From Actinomycetota bacterium (GTDB lineage Bacteria > Actinomycetota > Thermoleophilia > UBA2241), in assembly GCA_003132585.1 (NCBI GenBank), contig PKYG01000116.1:492-64491 (forward strand): DNA of 64,000 nt, in the 5' to 3' direction. The notes under the pieces were generated by a model. That model did no database searches. It saw only the letters and a list, made by a program, of their open reading frames with translations, and was not told the origin of the DNA. Both the position numbers and the translations under genes were made by a program. Each line of letters starts with the position of its first letter. Position 1 is the first letter of the stretch. Below are positions 63,685 through 64,000 of the stretch, in pieces.

Positions 63685-63869
63685 AGAACTCGTTGTCGCC
63701 GCCAGTCTGGCTGAGCTCCTTGTGCCCCGCCTCGAGGAGCGTAGACTGGATAGGCTTCACGAGGACTTCCGTCCGCCGCTGCGGTGTGGCTGCAAACCAT
63801 GCGCTGCGGGATCCGCGAAGCCATCCGCCTCATCCCAGTAGAGGAGTAGAAGAGAAGACCTTGCGCGAC

Positions 63870-64000
63870 ATGCCAGAAGAACGCCAGTCAAGCGAATCGC
63901 CGGAGCTGAGCATCGACGAGGTCAGGAAGCTGGTCGCCGAGGGCCGCGAGCAGGGCTACCTGAACGCCGAGCACATCCACGACATGCTGCGCGACGTCGA
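63870..64000 (+). CDS. rpoD: Primary-type sigma-70 factor, N-terminus (partial, runs off the right edge)
   Basis: MPEERQSSESPELSIDEVRKLVAEGREQGYLNAEHIHDMLRDV resembles sigma-70 region 1.1 (..L...GKE.GYLTY.EI.D.L). Confidence 0.55.
   Translation, partial: MPEERQSSESPELSIDEVRKLVAEGREQGYLNAEHIHDMLRDV

Noticed and set aside
1-64000. CRISPR arrays, rRNA genes, retron-like msr/msd plus reverse transcriptase
   Set aside because: Scanning the non-coding gaps by eye showed no regularly spaced repeats of 25-40 nt. No reverse-transcriptase-like ORF and no rRNA-like conserved segments were found.

Overview
64-kb high-GC bacterial chromosomal window (Actinomycetota-like, judged only from GC and codon style and the protein families) with a mosaic layout. 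All family calls come from reading the translations by eye and recalling motifs; no searches were run. The supplied ORF coordinates include the stop codon, and GTG/TTG starts are shown as M. Left third: sugar isomerase, FGGY kinase and LacI, then a minus-strand Opp/Dpp-type peptide ABC operon ending in an M14 desuccinylase-like gene. Centre (about 13.9-35.1 kb) is accessory or mobile DNA: (i) a co-oriented restriction/defence-like gene row: a SEC-C-motif protein, a 1154-aa single-chain PD-ExK + gamma-methyltransferase + specificity-domain enzyme, a RusA-like fusion, an Mrr-cat nuclease and a HEPN-like protein. An intact IS110/IS1111-type element sits about 35 bp upstream of the first gene of this row. 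(ii) A tyrosine integrase. (iii) A translationally coupled three-gene cassette: an NTase-like/B12-binding radical-SAM fusion, an HhH-GPD glycosylase-like protein and a nucleoside 2-deoxyribosyltransferase-like protein. This is my best candidate for an undescribed nucleobase/DNA-modification or anti-phage system. (iv) A HEPN-motif protein preceded by an unlisted 40-codon tandem-motif peptide. (v) A 44-nt tRNA-Cys 3' half (attachment-site scar). (vi) A phage DNA-packaging remnant (ParB-methylase, TerS-like, TerL) ending in a hairpin-rich non-coding tract bracketed by 45-nt direct repeats. Right part: PLP decarboxylase, TetR, a second peptide ABC operon, hydantoinase A/B and a decayed transposase. 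Then a visibly GC-richer 15-gene carbohydrate locus (GntR, sugar ABC, dehydrogenases, cupin-type PGI, PTE-like lactonase, Eda, FGGY kinase, 3-epimerase-like), a small gene graveyard (RidA, IS3 OrfA and SIR2-like fragments) and the 5' end of a primary sigma factor. No rRNA, intact tRNA or CRISPR array was seen.
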